From the NCBI GenBank assembly GCA_002269645.1, contig NIVC01001739.1:135727-199726 (forward strand): a stretch of 64,000 nt of DNA, written 5' to 3'. The DNA comes from Macrostomum lignano (lineage: Eukaryota). The notes beneath the pieces were generated by a model. It searched no databases. It was not told where the DNA came from and saw nothing but the letters and a program-made list of their open reading frames with translations. Both the position numbers and the translations under genes were made by a program. Below, one piece after another: positions 1 to 12,291 of the stretch (position 1 is the stretch's first letter; each line of letters begins with the position of its first letter).

Positions 1-1800
1 CTGCAACATTGTAGCAGACGAGATGTCTCTGGAGTCCATGGTCGAATGGAGCGATTGCGAGGGCAGGTTCCTTGGCTTTGTCGACAAGGGAGATGGCAAC
101 GTAGCGAACAGGAAGCATCAGCTGCACTTGTGTTGATGGCTGTAGGGCTGAAGAACTACTGGAAACTGCCTTTAGGCTACTTCTTAGTCAACGGCGTTGA
201 TGGGGAATTCTTAGCTACTGCTGTTGAGGAGTGCATCCAGCGGCTGTACCAGGTTGGTGTCATCGCAACATCCTTTACGTGTGACGGAATGCAGCATAAT
301 ATTAAGGCTATTGAAACTCTCGGTGCCGAGATAAGTTCGTGGGACAATGTTAATGCTTCATTTCCGCATCCATGTGATCCAAACATCAGAGTGTCAACCT
401 TTCTTGACGTTCCGCACATGCTGAAACTAATCCGAAATCAATGGCAGTCCTTGGGTACGATTGTCTGGCCGAACCGTGGCAATTAAAGTAGAATGGAAAT
501 TTGTGGCTCAGTTGCAAAAAGTACAAGAAACCCATGGTCTACGACTCGGAAATAAGTTAAGCAACCATTCACATTAACTTCCTATATACAAAAAATGAAA
601 GTGGATCTCGCAGCTCAGTTGTTCAGCAAATCTGTCGCCGATTCGCTGCGGTGGGTCCAATCAGCAGAAGCTTGAAGGATTTGATTGCCCGGATGTTCTG
701 GTGACTGCCGATTTTATCGAACACATTAATGATTTATTTGACGTATTCAACTCAAAGCGACTGGTCAGTTATGGGGCAAGAGGAGCCTTGAGAATCGATA
801 ATCGGTCAGACTGGCTTGACTTTTTCGAAGAAACGATCATTATTCTTAAAAACGTTGAGACGCCGACGGGTCGCAAAATTGTACAAACCATTAAAAAGAC
901 CGGGTTTTTAGGCTTCATTACGAATTGCCGCGCAATGGTGTCTCTCACCGATTACTTATTTTCGACTGGAGACTTCACCTTTTTCTGCACCTATAAAATC
1001 TCTCAAGATTTTCTCGAGCTGTTCTTCAATGCTGTGCGGCTGGAATCATAATCCAACACCCCTGAGGCAGTTTCGATCAGCTTTCAGGCAGCTGTTAGCT
1101 CACGCAGGATCCGGAATCGTCCAGTCAGCAAGCGCCAACGTCAGCCAGCAAGATGCCACCATGCAGCTCTCAATCTCCTGCTTGCCTTCTACGACTGCAG
1201 CAGAGAAGAAAATGCCATGGAAAAAACTAGAAATTCGGAACTCAACCGGTGCGAGCCTTAACTTAGTACAGCATTGCCGAACCGCCTCAACCTGTAGAAT
1301 TTGTCACTCTGTCATCTACTACATCGCTGGAGCAGTCGTTCGAAGTATGTTGAAGATCATTGACTGCGTCCCGTGTAGATCCGCCCTGCTATCAAGCGAA
1401 GGAAAAGTGAGCCCGCACATTTTTTGCTCCCTCGTCTCAATGAAGAACGTTCAGAAGAGAGAAGGACTTGGTGGACTTATTTTCCCGAGTCTAGATGTGC
1501 TTCGCCTTCTGCTGAATGCCGAAACGATTATTCGCCGCTCCAGCTTTGATAGCTGTTTTTCAAGCTCCATCGCTGTTCAAGAGACTGATAATGTCCAGCG
1601 CGCTGTTCTCTGAATTAGATTCGCATTCAGCAGCTGTTAGCACAGGTATTGAGTCACACAAGCTGCATTTGATGAAAGTTATGAGCATGTTTTACATCAG
1701 AATTCGCATGAAGAAAATTGCGAAAGACATGTCGCACTTATTGAGAAAGGCAGGAAGGAGACAAAAGCTGCTGCGCACAGCAATTTTTCTTAATCTGTGA
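1..1800 (+). pseudogene. P-element/THAP9-type DDE transposase, multiply frameshifted; 5' part lies outside the window
   Basis: Motifs appear in order across shifting frames: CNIVADEMSL..GFVD (2-85), ALVLMAVGLKNYWKLPLGYF, TCDG, LDVPHMLKLIRN, KMKVDLAAQLFSKSVADSL (~590-650), SQDFLELFFNAVR, WNHNP, YYIAGAVVR with CxxC, and a C-terminal H..H..IRMKKIAK..KLLRTAIFLNL. Frameshifts fall near 105, 483, 575, 665, 1040 and in the 1520-1600 region. Confidence 0.9.
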
Positions 1801-2051
1801 GCGCTTGGACTTTGAAGGACATTTCGGGGTAAGCAGCTTAATTCAACTAATTTTTTATGTATTTGATTTTCGTGGCGTTTTATGTGAAAGAAAAGAAAAA
1901 AATTATCTCAAATGCATGTGTCCAATAGGAGCACAATGGAAAAGAGGCCCGCCCTGTACCACATATCGATCGAGCTGGGGTGGGTGAGAGGGACCAGTTT
2001 CTCATGGGGGGAAATGGTCCGCTTTTTTCTTCACTTTACTGGTCTATATTC

Positions 2052-2064
2052 TATATGGTCTGTG
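2052..2064. mobile_element. Putative right terminal inverted repeat of the P-like element (TATATGGTCTGTG; reverse complement CACAGACCATATA)
   Basis: Lies 250 bp after the transposase stop and ends in TG, as P-superfamily ends do. The same 13-mer forms the right end of a small element at 36736-36845. Confidence 0.45.
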
Positions 2065-2969
2065 GTTAGCCCCCCCCCCCCTATTCGAAGTCTTCGCCTG
2101 GACCCCCATCAAGTTGCCGTTATCCCACCAATGGCTTTGAGCTCCTCTCTCATCTATGACTTATGAGTTGTCCAATAGACACTCTAATTCAAATTTAATT
2201 TAGTTTGTCATACCAAATTTTTTCTCAGTTGTTATAGTCGACTGAATTCTAGTACGATCAGAACTAGACAGGGAGCTGCTCTTCATATTGCTGGTTCTGG
2301 TTCTAGAACCAGAGTAAGCAAAGTAAAGTAAAGTATAACTTTTTGTCTCCTAAACTAGAGGGATATCAGTGCTTTAAAATTGTGATTATTGAATGGCAAT
2401 AGCCAAGAAGAAAGTGAGAAATCGTGCAGAGTGAGGCTGTTAAGGCAGTCAACCATTCAACAAAGTTAAATAGTTATACTGCTTTTTTTCTTGGAAATCC
2501 GAACCGATTCTGGTTCGAGAGTCGATGCCGTGAAGAGGCTCAGGCTTTTCCTCTTCCCAATCCGCTTCGCCCTATTCTAACCCACACTAGATGCACACGA
2601 CCCGACTATTAGTTAAATGGTAAGCAGACAAATTGGTTTGCATTTTCGTCTGCCGCACTATATTCACTTCTTGAGGCCGAGGGCAGACGAACTGGAGGCA
2701 GACAAATTGACTAGGGCAGGGCCTAGCCGTAGCCCGTAGGGGGCCTAACTCAACCTGACAAATTAGGCCTAGTTAGCTAGAAATTGGGGCCTAATCAACA
2801 CAACATGAGATAATTTTTTAAGATAAAGCTTACGCCTAGGCCTACTGCAATTACTGCAGTAGGCCATAGCCTACTGCTAATCAGTTGTATAGACAATACT
2901 AGGGCCTATAGATAGGCCTAAAGAAATTTATAATTTCCTCATAATTTATGCAACCAATGGTCTGTTTGT

Positions 2970-3865
2970 ATCTATCTATCTAGGTAGGTAGGTATGAAAT
3001 TGATTTTAGAAAAAAAACAGCTCAACCAATTTGATTCAAACTTGCACCATTCAATCAGAAATTTTTCTATGACAAAGAGAAAAGCAAAAATCAACATTAA
3101 GTATGCCCCTATTAATGTTAATATTTAACATTATTTCATATTTATATGCTTCTATGATTTTTTACATGACACTTCTATGATTTTTACATGACGCTTTTAT
3201 GATTTTTTACATGACGCTTCTATGCTTTCTTTTTTACATGACGCTTTTTGTCCTTTATTTGTCCTTTAATAAAAGCTTTTAATAAAAAAACTTTTCACTC
3301 TTAAGATTCGAACCCAGGTCGCTGCATTTGCAGTCCAGTCTGTTCACATCTAGGCTAGCTATTATCGAATATAAATGAAATTGTAGCACTTATATAATTC
3401 AATACTCACTCACGAAGCAGTTATGACATAATCAATTTCCCAGGCAAGTCAGTATCAGTCTCAATTAAAGTTGACAATATGGTTACGCAATCTAAATCAC
3501 ATCTGGTGCTACGCTTCCACACTGCATTTTCAATACTGTGACACAATTCAAGTTGGAGTTACAATTTAGTTATAATGTAATCTATTTCAGAATCAGAATT
3601 CAACCAGTCAATTTTTTTCTAGCATTCTTACAATGCATTTCCAGTCGAAAAGTTTGCTTGACCTTTGCAAAAAAGCATGTTTTTGAGTATTTAATGCGGC
3701 ACAAATGCCTTTAGCATTGAGCAATTTCTTAGCCAAGACACATGTACCGTCACGGGAAAATTTCTGATCGAACAGTGCAAGTCTCATGAAAATCGGTTAA
3801 GCCATTTTTTCTCTAATCGATTACAAGCAAGCAAGCAAGCAAGATTTTCATTTTTAGTATATAGG
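2970..3865. mobile_element. Non-autonomous Helitron/Helentron (DINE/HINE)-like element with internal microsatellites and a tRNA-like segment
   Basis: Starts with (TATC)n(TAGG)n followed by CAGCTCAACCAATTTGATTCAAACTT. Ends with CATGAAAATCGGTTAAGCC..(CAAG)n..TTTTCATTTTTAGTATATAGG. Contains ~23-bp tandem units at 3160-3250 and a minus-strand tRNA-like piece at 3301-3360 (B box GGTTCGAATC). Confidence 0.45.
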
Positions 3866-4269
3866 AAATAGCATTCCTATTGCTTAAAAAATAAGTGTGT
3901 TTTTTATTTGTACTAAGATATAAACTTGCATCCAATGTCTAATTTAAGGATGCAATTTTGAAAGTCAAGATGCTATAGCATCCCTTTCACAAAAAAATAA
4001 ACCTAGGCCAAAACAAGTGTTGATATTGGCTAAGGCCTAGCTAATTGCATGCCAATATATGCCAAAAAACTAAAATTGTATATTAGAATAACCAAAAAAG
4101 TGTTTTAGGTAAAAGTTCTCTAAAAGTTCATTCAAGTGGTAGGCCTAGATTATTTTTTCTATGCTAGACTTTCTAGACCTGCATACTTGAATATGCTTCA
4201 TGCTATATGCTTCCTAACTTGAGTAGGCGTGTGGTTTAATCTGCATGATAGTGAATTTGGGGGGAGCAC

Positions 4270-4708
4270 GAGAATTTCCTGCAGGAATTTTTCCCGCCGA
4301 GCTTTCCCCGCACGAGTTTTTCCCGCGACGAAGATTTGCCGCAGGAGCTTTCCCCACACGAGATTCTCCCGCAGCAATTTTTTACCGCAGCGAGAGTTTC
4401 CCACAGGAAATTTCTCCGTCGAGATTTTCCTGCCGAGCTTTTACCGCCAAGATTTTCCCGCACAAATTTTCTCTGCATAGACTTTTTCCAGAAGAAAGAT
4501 TTTCCCGCAAGAAATTTCTCGTGATTGCCTGTTTACCTTCCTACCTGTCTGTCTGTCTGTCTGTCTGTCTGCCTGCCTGGCTGGCTGCCTGTGTCGAATT
4601 TATCAAAGAAAATCGCGTCTCTGCTAATAGCTTTCCTTTTTATAATTTCTTTCTTAAGGTAACAGGCAATCACGAGAAAGCTCGGCGGGAAAAATTCCTG
4701 CGGGAAAT
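4270..4708. mobile_element. Foldback-type element with asymmetric inverted arms
   Basis: The reverse complement of 4656-4708 (GAGAATTTCCCGCAGGAATTTTTCCCGCCGAGCTTTC-TCGTGATTGCCTGTTACCT) matches 4270-4306 joined to 4519-4538. The left arm carries ~210 bp of degenerate ~15-bp subrepeats in between. The spacer contains (CTGT)n. Confidence 0.7.
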
Positions 4709-4925
4709 TCTCATAGACCCGAGGATAAGAGGGGAGAAGAGAGCTGAGAATAGAGATTAACTTTTAGCAGGCCAGATTAGGATTGTGAAGTTTTAAAGGA
4801 CCCGAGGACCAGTTAGAGAGGCTTCGCGGGTTAGAGTTTTTAGAATTTGAATCAGCAGCCTTCAAAAGCCTCATCAGCATAGCCATATCTAAAACTGTTG
4901 CCCCCTGTCGCGGCCGTGATTGCAG

Positions 4926-7900
4926 ATGTCGGACGCGTCGCTTGAGCAGTCGCTAAAGCTGCTCCGTGAAGAGGCTGGCATGGTGTGCCACAGCGCCAGC
5001 AGTCACGTGATCATCGTATTTGGCGCCTCTGGCGATCTAGCCAAGAAGAAGATCTATCCAACTCTGTGGTGGCTGTTCAGAGACAAACTGCTGCCATCCA
5101 ACACTCACTTTATTGGCTACTCGCGGTCTAATCTCACCGTAGACAATCTCCGATCCAATGCCATGCCCTATTTAAACGCCAAGGACTCCGAATCGACTCA
5201 ACTGGACGAGTTCTTCAAGCGCAATTCATACGTTCAAGGCAGTTACGACAAGCCGGAAGATTTTATCCGTTTAAACAAATTTATTGTGGATAATTTCTCG
5301 GCTTGCTCTAATCGATTGTTTTACCTGGCTATACCGCCGTCTCAGTTCATCAGCGTAGCAACTAATTTGAAGGCTCACTGCACCGCTGAATCGGACGGCC
5401 TGTGGAATCGGCTGATTGTTGAAAAGCCGTTTGGCAAAGATCTAGATTCTAGCGAAGTGCTGGCCAAGCACCTGTCCAGCCTGTTCAGCGAGGACCAGAT
5501 CTATCGCATTGATCACTACCTGGGCAAGGAGATGGTGCAGAATGTTGTCGTGCTGAGATTCGCTAACCGGGTGTTCAGTCCTCTGTGGAATCGCGACAAT
5601 ATCGCCAATGTTGTCGTCACATTCAAAGAGAACTTCGGCACCGAAGGTCGAGGCGGCTACTTTGACGAGTTTGGCATCATAAGAGACGTGATGCAGAATC
5701 ATCTGCTGCAGATTCTGTGCCTCATCGCTATGGAACGGCCAATTTCTATGGAGGCTAATGATATTCGCGATGAGAAGGTATTGATTTTGTTAGTCAAGTT
5801 GAAGTCTACAGAATGAAGATAGGTTGGGCCATAGACAACTTGCAAATTTCTAATTGTGACTAAAGTCGAAACCTGCGGCGTAGCAGGGCTGGCCATAGAC
5901 TATCGCTACCACTTTACTACTCTAAGTCCTTCCAGAAAATCCTTCCAGCTGAGAAGGGAGTGTTTTGCGATGAGAGTCGTCTCCAAAATCTCCCACAAGA
6001 GAATCGTCTCCAAAATCTCCCAAGAGAATCAATCACCTCCGAAATCTCCCAGAAAATCGTCTCCAAAATCTCCCCCAAGAGAATAGTCTCCAAAATCTCC
6101 CCAGCGAATCGCCTCCAAAATCTCCCGGAGAATCGCCCTTTTAAACTAAACCTTCACCTCTCCCTACAGGTAAAAGTGCTTCGCTGCATGCGTCCCCTGA
6201 GCCTGGACGATGTTGTTGTCGGGCAGTACGTGGCGGACCCGGAGAACGGCAAGCCGGGCTACCTGGACGATCCCACTGTGCCTGCCGGGTCCATAACGCC
6301 CACTTACGCTGTGGCCGCTCTGTATGTTGATAACGAGCGTTGGCAGGTAAGAATGATTGACAATTTTGATCTTAAGTTAGAATATGTGTGAGATCTCATA
6401 GAATATGTGTGAGATCTCTTGTTAAAATTTGTGTGAGATCTCGTCTTAGAATTTAATGTGAGATCTCATGTTAGAATGTGTGTGAGATCTCATGTTAGAA
6501 TCAGTGTGAGATCTCATGTTAGAATCTGTGTGAGATCTCATGTAATCTGTGTGAGATCTCATGTTAGAATCTGTGTGAAATCTCATGTTAGAATCTGTGT
6601 GAGATCTCATGTTAGAATCTGTGTGAGAGCTAATGTTAGAATCCCTGTGAGATCTCATGTTAGAATCTGTGTGAGATCTCATGTTAGAATCTAAAGTGAG
6701 ATCTCATGTTAGAATCTGTGTGAGATCACATGTTAGAATTTGAGTGAGATCTCGTCTTAAAATCTGTGTGAGATCTCATGTTAGAAACTCTGTGAGATCT
6801 CATGTTAGAATCTGTGTGAGATCTCGTCTTAAATCTGTGTGAGATCTCCTGTTAGGATCTGTGTGTGCGATCTCATGTGTGAGACCTCATGTTAGATATT
6901 CATAATCAGAGTCTGGCTTTGTTAGAATTAGTGCGATATTTTAAGCCCAAATCTAACTGTGAGATCTCATGTCTCACCCTGGCTGAGATTAGAGTCTTCG
7001 TATCACATTTAAAATGCATTTCGGTCGCACATGTGCAGTGTTAACCTGTGTGACGTAGTCTCAAAGAGTGGAATTAATAATTAATGCTCAACACAGACTT
7101 GAAGTTACTGTAAGATAAGATTAAGGTTAAAGGCCAGTCCAAAACGAAGGAATATTCAGTGTTTTTGTACAATTCACATTCGCCAGAAAGTCAGTGAGAA
7201 CTTGAGGTTTATCGTATGCTCGTATGATGCGAAAAAAACTGTTTCTTAAAATACTTGCTTGCCCTAGATTTTCGTAAGCTAAAATAATCATTGTATATCT
7301 GCATCCAGACATTGATAAATGGATATTCTATCAGATCCCTAACTTTTGTCTGATTCTGTCCTATATTGTGTGTCTGTATTTGTGTCTGTCTGACTGTATT
7401 TGTGTCTGTATGACTGTATTTGTGTCTGTCTGACTGTATTTGTGTCTGTCTGACTGTATTTTTGTCTGTATGACTGTATTTGTGTCTGCCTGTCTGTATT
7501 TGTGTCTGTCTGTCTGTATTTGTGTCTGCCTGTCTGCATTTGTGTCTGCCTGTCTGTATTTGTGTCTGCCTGTCTGTATTTGTGTCTGCCTGTCTGTATT
7601 TGTGTCTGCCTGTCTGTATTTGTGTCTGCCTGTCTGTATTTGTGTCTGCCTGTCTGTATTTGTGTCTGCCTGTCTACATTTGTGTCTGCCTGTCTGTATT
7701 TTTGCCCGACTGTCTTCCTGTCTGCCTCCATGTCTTTGTGTGTATTTGTCTGGTATGTGCTGTGCTTGCCACACGTACAGCTGTTGATAACTACGCCCGT
7801 GCCTGCTGTATCCATCTGTCCCACTTTCTTTCCCTAAACTCCAGGGCGTTCCATTCATAGTCCGGGCTGGCAAGGCGCTCAACGAGAAGAAGTGCGAAGT

Positions 7901-8366
7901 CCGCATCCAGTTCAAAGACGTGATCGCGGACATCCTGCCTAGCGGAGCCGTCCACCGCAACGAGCTGGTGCTGCGCGTGCAACCGAACGAAGCGGTGTAC
8001 ATGAAGCTCATGACCAAGCGGCCCGGCATGGGCTTCGGCGCTGAGGAGACTGAGCTCGACCTCACCTACAACCGCCGATTCACCGATCTGAAATTGCCGG
8101 ACGCCTACGAGCGCCTGCTGTTAGACGTCCTGGTTGGGTCGCAGATTAATTTTGTCCGAACGGACGAATTGCGCGAAGCCTGGCGCGTCTTCACTCCGGC
8201 GTTGCACGCGCTCGAATCGCAGCGGGTGGCGCCGCATCCCTACCCGTACGGTGTGCGCAACGGGCCGCCGCAGGCGGACGAGTTCATGCGCCGGCTGGGG
8301 TTCACCTTCAGTGGGCAGTACTTCTACCCGCATGGGGGCAGCGGCGCTGGGCCAGTCAAACAGTGA
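4926..8366 (+). CDS. G6PD: Glucose-6-phosphate 1-dehydrogenase, 3 exons, ~516 aa
   Basis: Exons 4926-5777, 6170-6346 and 7845-8366, all GT-AG phase 0. Motifs [43 protein letters not shown] and DAYERLL. Confidence 0.97.
5975..6135. repeat. ~24-bp degenerate minisatellite in G6PD intron 1
   Basis: Tandem GAGAATCGTCTCCAAAATCTCCC(A)-like units. Confidence 0.9.
6380..6975. repeat. 24-bp minisatellite in G6PD intron 2
   Basis: Unit GTGTGAGATCTCATGTTAGAATCT, containing the perfect palindrome TGAGATCTCA. Confidence 0.95.
7345..7720. repeat. 20-bp minisatellite in G6PD intron 2
   Basis: Unit CTGTATTTGTGTCTGCCTGT. Confidence 0.95.
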
Positions 8367-8439
8367 GTCAGTGAGTGAGCATTCTGTGTGCTGTTGTATT
8401 GATGGGGATCTTGCAAGTTGGGCTGTGTTAGCTGACAGC

Positions 8440-9045
8440 TCACCAACCTACTCAAATCCTCACACTGTCCCTACTCAACTCACCACCCTACTCAGATCCT
8501 CACACTGACCCTACTCAACTCACCACCCTACTCAGATCCTCACACTGACCCGTCACCCACTACCCTACTCAAATCCTCACACTGACCCACCACCCTACTC
8601 GAATCTTCACACTGACCCACCACCCTACTCAAATCCTCACACTGACCCACCACCCTACTCGAATCTTCACACTGACCCACCACCCTACTCAAATCCTCAC
8701 ACTGACCCACCACCCTACTCAAATCCTCATACTGACCCACCACCCTACTCGAATCCTCACACTGACCCACCACCCTACTCAAATCCTCATACTGACCCAC
8801 CACCCTACTCAAATCCTCACACTGACCCACCACCCTACTCGAATCCTCACACTGACCCACCGCCCTACCCACATCCTCAGTGACCCACCGCCCTACCCAC
8901 ATCCTCACAGTGACCTACCGCCCTACCCACATCCTCACACTGACCCACCGCCCTACCCACATCCTCACACTGACCCACCGCCCTACCCACATCCTCACAC
9001 TGACCCACCGCCCTACCCACATCGTCACACTGACCCCCACCCTAC
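8440..9045. repeat. 30-bp minisatellite downstream of the G6PD stop, probably in the 3' UTR
   Basis: Unit ACTGACCCACCACCCTACTCAAATCCTCAC, with a variant block at 8860-9040. AATAAA follows at 9162. Confidence 0.95.
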
Positions 9046-9939
9046 CCAAAGCTCCATATTTAGCTACCACCCGACTCAGACTCTCAGGCCCTCTATCCAG
9101 GGCCTTTTGATAAGCCACCACTACCTTTCTTAATCCTCATATTGTGTTTCTTATTCACCATAATAAACAGGTTTTTATTACGCTTTAATGCTTAATAACA
9201 ATTGCAGGCCCAGTGACAGAGCTACTGATTCAAAACCGCCCAGTAAGCTGTGTAAGCCTGTCTAACTCGAGTATGGTATGCAAATCTGAGTTCTCAATAT
9301 TCGAAGCATGTTGCTTTATAGTGTTTTCTTTTACTTTTATTGACCCTTTCAGAATTGGCTTGACAAACTCAACAGAGGCATTAATTGAATTCTAGAAAAA
9401 AAACATTTTGACTTTTTCATTCATCAACGTAAATTAGTATATCATATATTTAGAATTTGTATTATTTATTTAGCTAGTTCTAGTAAAAACGAAGTTCTGT
9501 TGAAACAATTTTTTATTGACAGTAGTTTAACAAAATTATTTCGACCAAATTTTAAGGTTAACCCATATAAGACTTAGTTTTATTTGAGTAGTTGATAGAT
9601 AATTACTTTTCATACACCGGTAAAATGCGGCCAAGACAATGGAGCTGAGCACTCTGAATGTACATAAATAATATTAATTTAATTTCTAGCTAATATTTAT
9701 GTTGTCCTAGGACAGTACCTGTGTCTGATATTGCTATATTTGTAGCTATTTTTGACATTGTATTCTTCATCATATATTCTAATTTTAAAATTTTATTCTA
9801 TTTTATTTTGTTTGCTTTCTATCAATAAATAATCGCAGACCATAATTTTTTTTCTGACGGTTGTAACTTTGTACGACTTGTTGACTTAACCATTGCTTAA
9901 ACAACACTAGAATTTGCAGAATTAGCTAGTTTTCTTGTG

Positions 9940-10243
9940 CCCAGATCCTCAGTTGCTAGGCCACCAGCCTCCCAGATCCTCAGTTGCTAGGCCACCAGCC
10001 TCCCAGATCCTCAGTTGCTAGGCCAGCCTCCCAGGTCCTCAGTTGTTAGGTCAACAGCCTCTCAGATCCTCAGTTGCCTCTCAGATCCTCAGTTGCCTCT
10101 CAGATCCTCAGTTGCCTCTCAGATCCTCAGTTGCCTCTCAGATCCTCAGTTGCCTCTCAGATCCTCAGTTGCCTCTCAGATCCTCAGTTGCCTCTCAGAT
10201 CCTCAGTTGCCTCTCAGATCCTCAGTTGCTGGGCCAGCCTCCC
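9940..10243. repeat. 19/28-bp minisatellite immediately upstream of TECR
   Basis: Units CCTCTCAGATCCTCAGTTG and (GGCCAG)CCTCCCAGATCCTCAGTTGCT. The same family recurs at 15798-16152. Confidence 0.95.
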
Positions 10244-10305
10244 AACTCCCCACTCCAATCCTACACAGCAACCTGTTCTCCCATGCCACAATAATAACCA
10301 GCACT

Positions 10306-11220
10306 ATGGAAGTCATCGTTCTTCGAGCCAACGACGGTCGCGTAATTGAGAGCTTCACCGGCGTCTCAGCGGACAGCACCATCGACGACTTGAAGCAGCT
10401 GTTCGCCCAGCGCCAGCCGAAGTACTACCCGGACAGGCAGAGCTTCCGCAAAGAGAAAACCGCCCGATCCTTGCCGGGGAATTCTAAACTGGGCGAGCTG
10501 GCCGGCTCTGCCAAGTCTCTGTCGGTTTATTTCAAAGATCTGGGTCCCCAGATTGGCTGGACAACCGTGTTTGTTGCCGAGTACACTGGCCCGCTAATTG
10601 TTTACCTGCTGTTCTACCTGAGGCCGGCCATTGTCTATGGGCCGGAGGCTGGCAAAGCTCCCATGCACTGGATAGTGAAGGCCGCGGCCGCCTGCTGGAT
10701 CGGGCACTATGCCAAGCGCCTGCTGGAGACGGTGTTCGTGCACCGCTTCTCTCACGGCACCATGCCATGGCGCAATCTGTTCAAGAACTGCTCCTACTAT
10801 TGGGGCTTCGCCGCCTTCGTTGCCTACTTTGTTAACCATCCGCTGTACACCGCGCCAGCCGACTCGCAGGCAATTGCCGCTCTGGTCACTTTTGTGTTCT
10901 GCCAGCTGGGCAACCTCAGCTGCCATGTGGCGTTGAGGAACCTCCGACCGCCGGGTACGCGAGTGCGTAAAATTCCCAGGCCCACTGCTAATCCATTCAC
11001 CTGGCTGTTCGGCCTGGTCTCCTGCCCGAATTACACTTACGAGTTTGGGTCTTGGCTATCGTTCACGGTTGCTACCCAGTGCCTGCCGGCTGGCCTGTTC
11101 ACCCTGGCCGGCGCCTACCAGATGACCGTCTGGGCGCTCGGCAAGCACCGGAACTACCGGCGCGAATTCGCCTCGGATTATCCAAGGGGCCGGCGCGCCA
11201 TCTTCCCGTTCGTGCTGTAG
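10306..11220 (+). CDS. TECR: Trans-2,3-enoyl-CoA reductase (very-long-chain enoyl-CoA reductase), intronless, 304 aa
   Basis: Ubiquitin-like N-terminus, then KDLGPQIGWTTVFVAEYTGP, HYAKRLLETVFVHRFSHGTMP, KNCSYYW, GN..CH..LRNLRP, VSCPNYTYE and a C-terminal YP..R.AI.PF. The ORF-track extension from 10015 is minisatellite. AATAAA at 11406. Confidence 0.96.
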   Translation: MEVIVLRANDGRVIESFTGVSADSTIDDLKQLFAQRQPKYYPDRQSFRKEKTARSLPGNSKLGELAGSAKSLSVYFKDLGPQIGWTTVFVAEYTGPLIVYLLFYLRPAIVYGPEAGKAPMHWIVKAAAACWIGHYAKRLLETVFVHRFSHGTMPWRNLFKNCSYYWGFAAFVAYFVNHPLYTAPADSQAIAALVTFVFCQLGNLSCHVALRNLRPPGTRVRKIPRPTANPFTWLFGLVSCPNYTYEFGSWLSFTVATQCLPAGLFTLAGAYQMTVWALGKHRNYRREFASDYPRGRRAIFPFVL

Positions 11221-11639
11221 GGGGCTGCGACAGCTGTGGGACTGTCCGTTTTTTCTATTAATTTAGCACAGTTTTTTAAATAGACTATTAGTACATGTAG
11301 CATTCCCTTGATTGAAACTGTACGCTTGTTGTTGAGTAGGTTGAAAGTCAATTAACTAGGGAACCAGTCTGTATGTGTCTGTCCCGTTTGTTTTTATAGT
11401 TTTTTAATAAATAAATATATCTCTCTCTTCAACCAAAGCCAGTCAAAACAGGCAAAATAATATAATGTTGAATTGGTTCAAACTTTGAATGATTTAACTA
11501 AATATATCTAGCTATAGACCTCCTCATGACGTTGGAACTGATGCCACTGTTGTCTTTTAATTTCATCATTTTTAACAAATTGTTCATATTTAAGTTAGAG
11601 TTCAGCAGAATTCTTGGTTTAGTAAGGGTTGCGGGTCTT

Positions 11640-12240
11640 ATCATGAGATTTCGAGTCTCACCATATGAGCTTTCTGGTCTCATGATGATATTTCAGGTCT
11701 CATCATGAGATTTTTGGTCTCATCATGAGATTTTTGGTCTCATCATGAGATTTTTGGTCTCATCATAAGATTTTTGGTCTCATCATAAGATTGCGGGTCT
11801 CATCATGAGATTTCAGATCCCATCATCAGATTTCATATCCCATCATGAGATTTCAGACCTCATCATGAGATTGCGGGTCTGATCATAAGATTTCGTGTCT
11901 CATCATTAGATTTCAGATCCCATCATGAGTTTTCAGATCTCATCATGAGATTTCAGATCTCATCATGAGATTGCGGGTCTGATCATTCGATTTCATGTCT
12001 CATCATGAGATTGTGGGTCTCATCATGAGTTTTCAGATCCCATCATGAGATTTCAGATCCCATCATGAGTTTTCAGATCTCATCATGAGATTTCAGATCT
12101 CATCATGAGATTTCAGGTCTCATCCCGAGATTTCAGGTCTCATCCCGAGATTCCAGGTCTCATCATGAGATTGCGGGTCTCATCATAGGATTTCAGGTCT
12201 CATCTTGAGATTTCATGTCTCATCATAGGATGGCGGGTCT
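11640..12240. repeat. 20-bp minisatellite between TECR and UBR7
   Basis: Unit CTCATCATGAGATTTCAGGT with the interrupted palindrome TCTCAT-C-ATGAGA. Confidence 0.95.
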
Positions 12241-12291
12241 TAATAAGTCTCAACAATCAAAGCAATTTCATCCCGACAGCCAGCAGTTGTC

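Noticed and set aside
2297-2315. Perfect palindrome CTGGTTCTAGAACCAG resembling a heat-shock element
   Set aside because: It has only two nGAAn units and is 2.6 kb from the nearest gene start; a single palindrome is insufficient evidence.
10015-10305. 97-aa N-terminal extension of TECR
   Set aside because: It is minisatellite-derived and starts at CTA; homology begins at the ATG at 10306.
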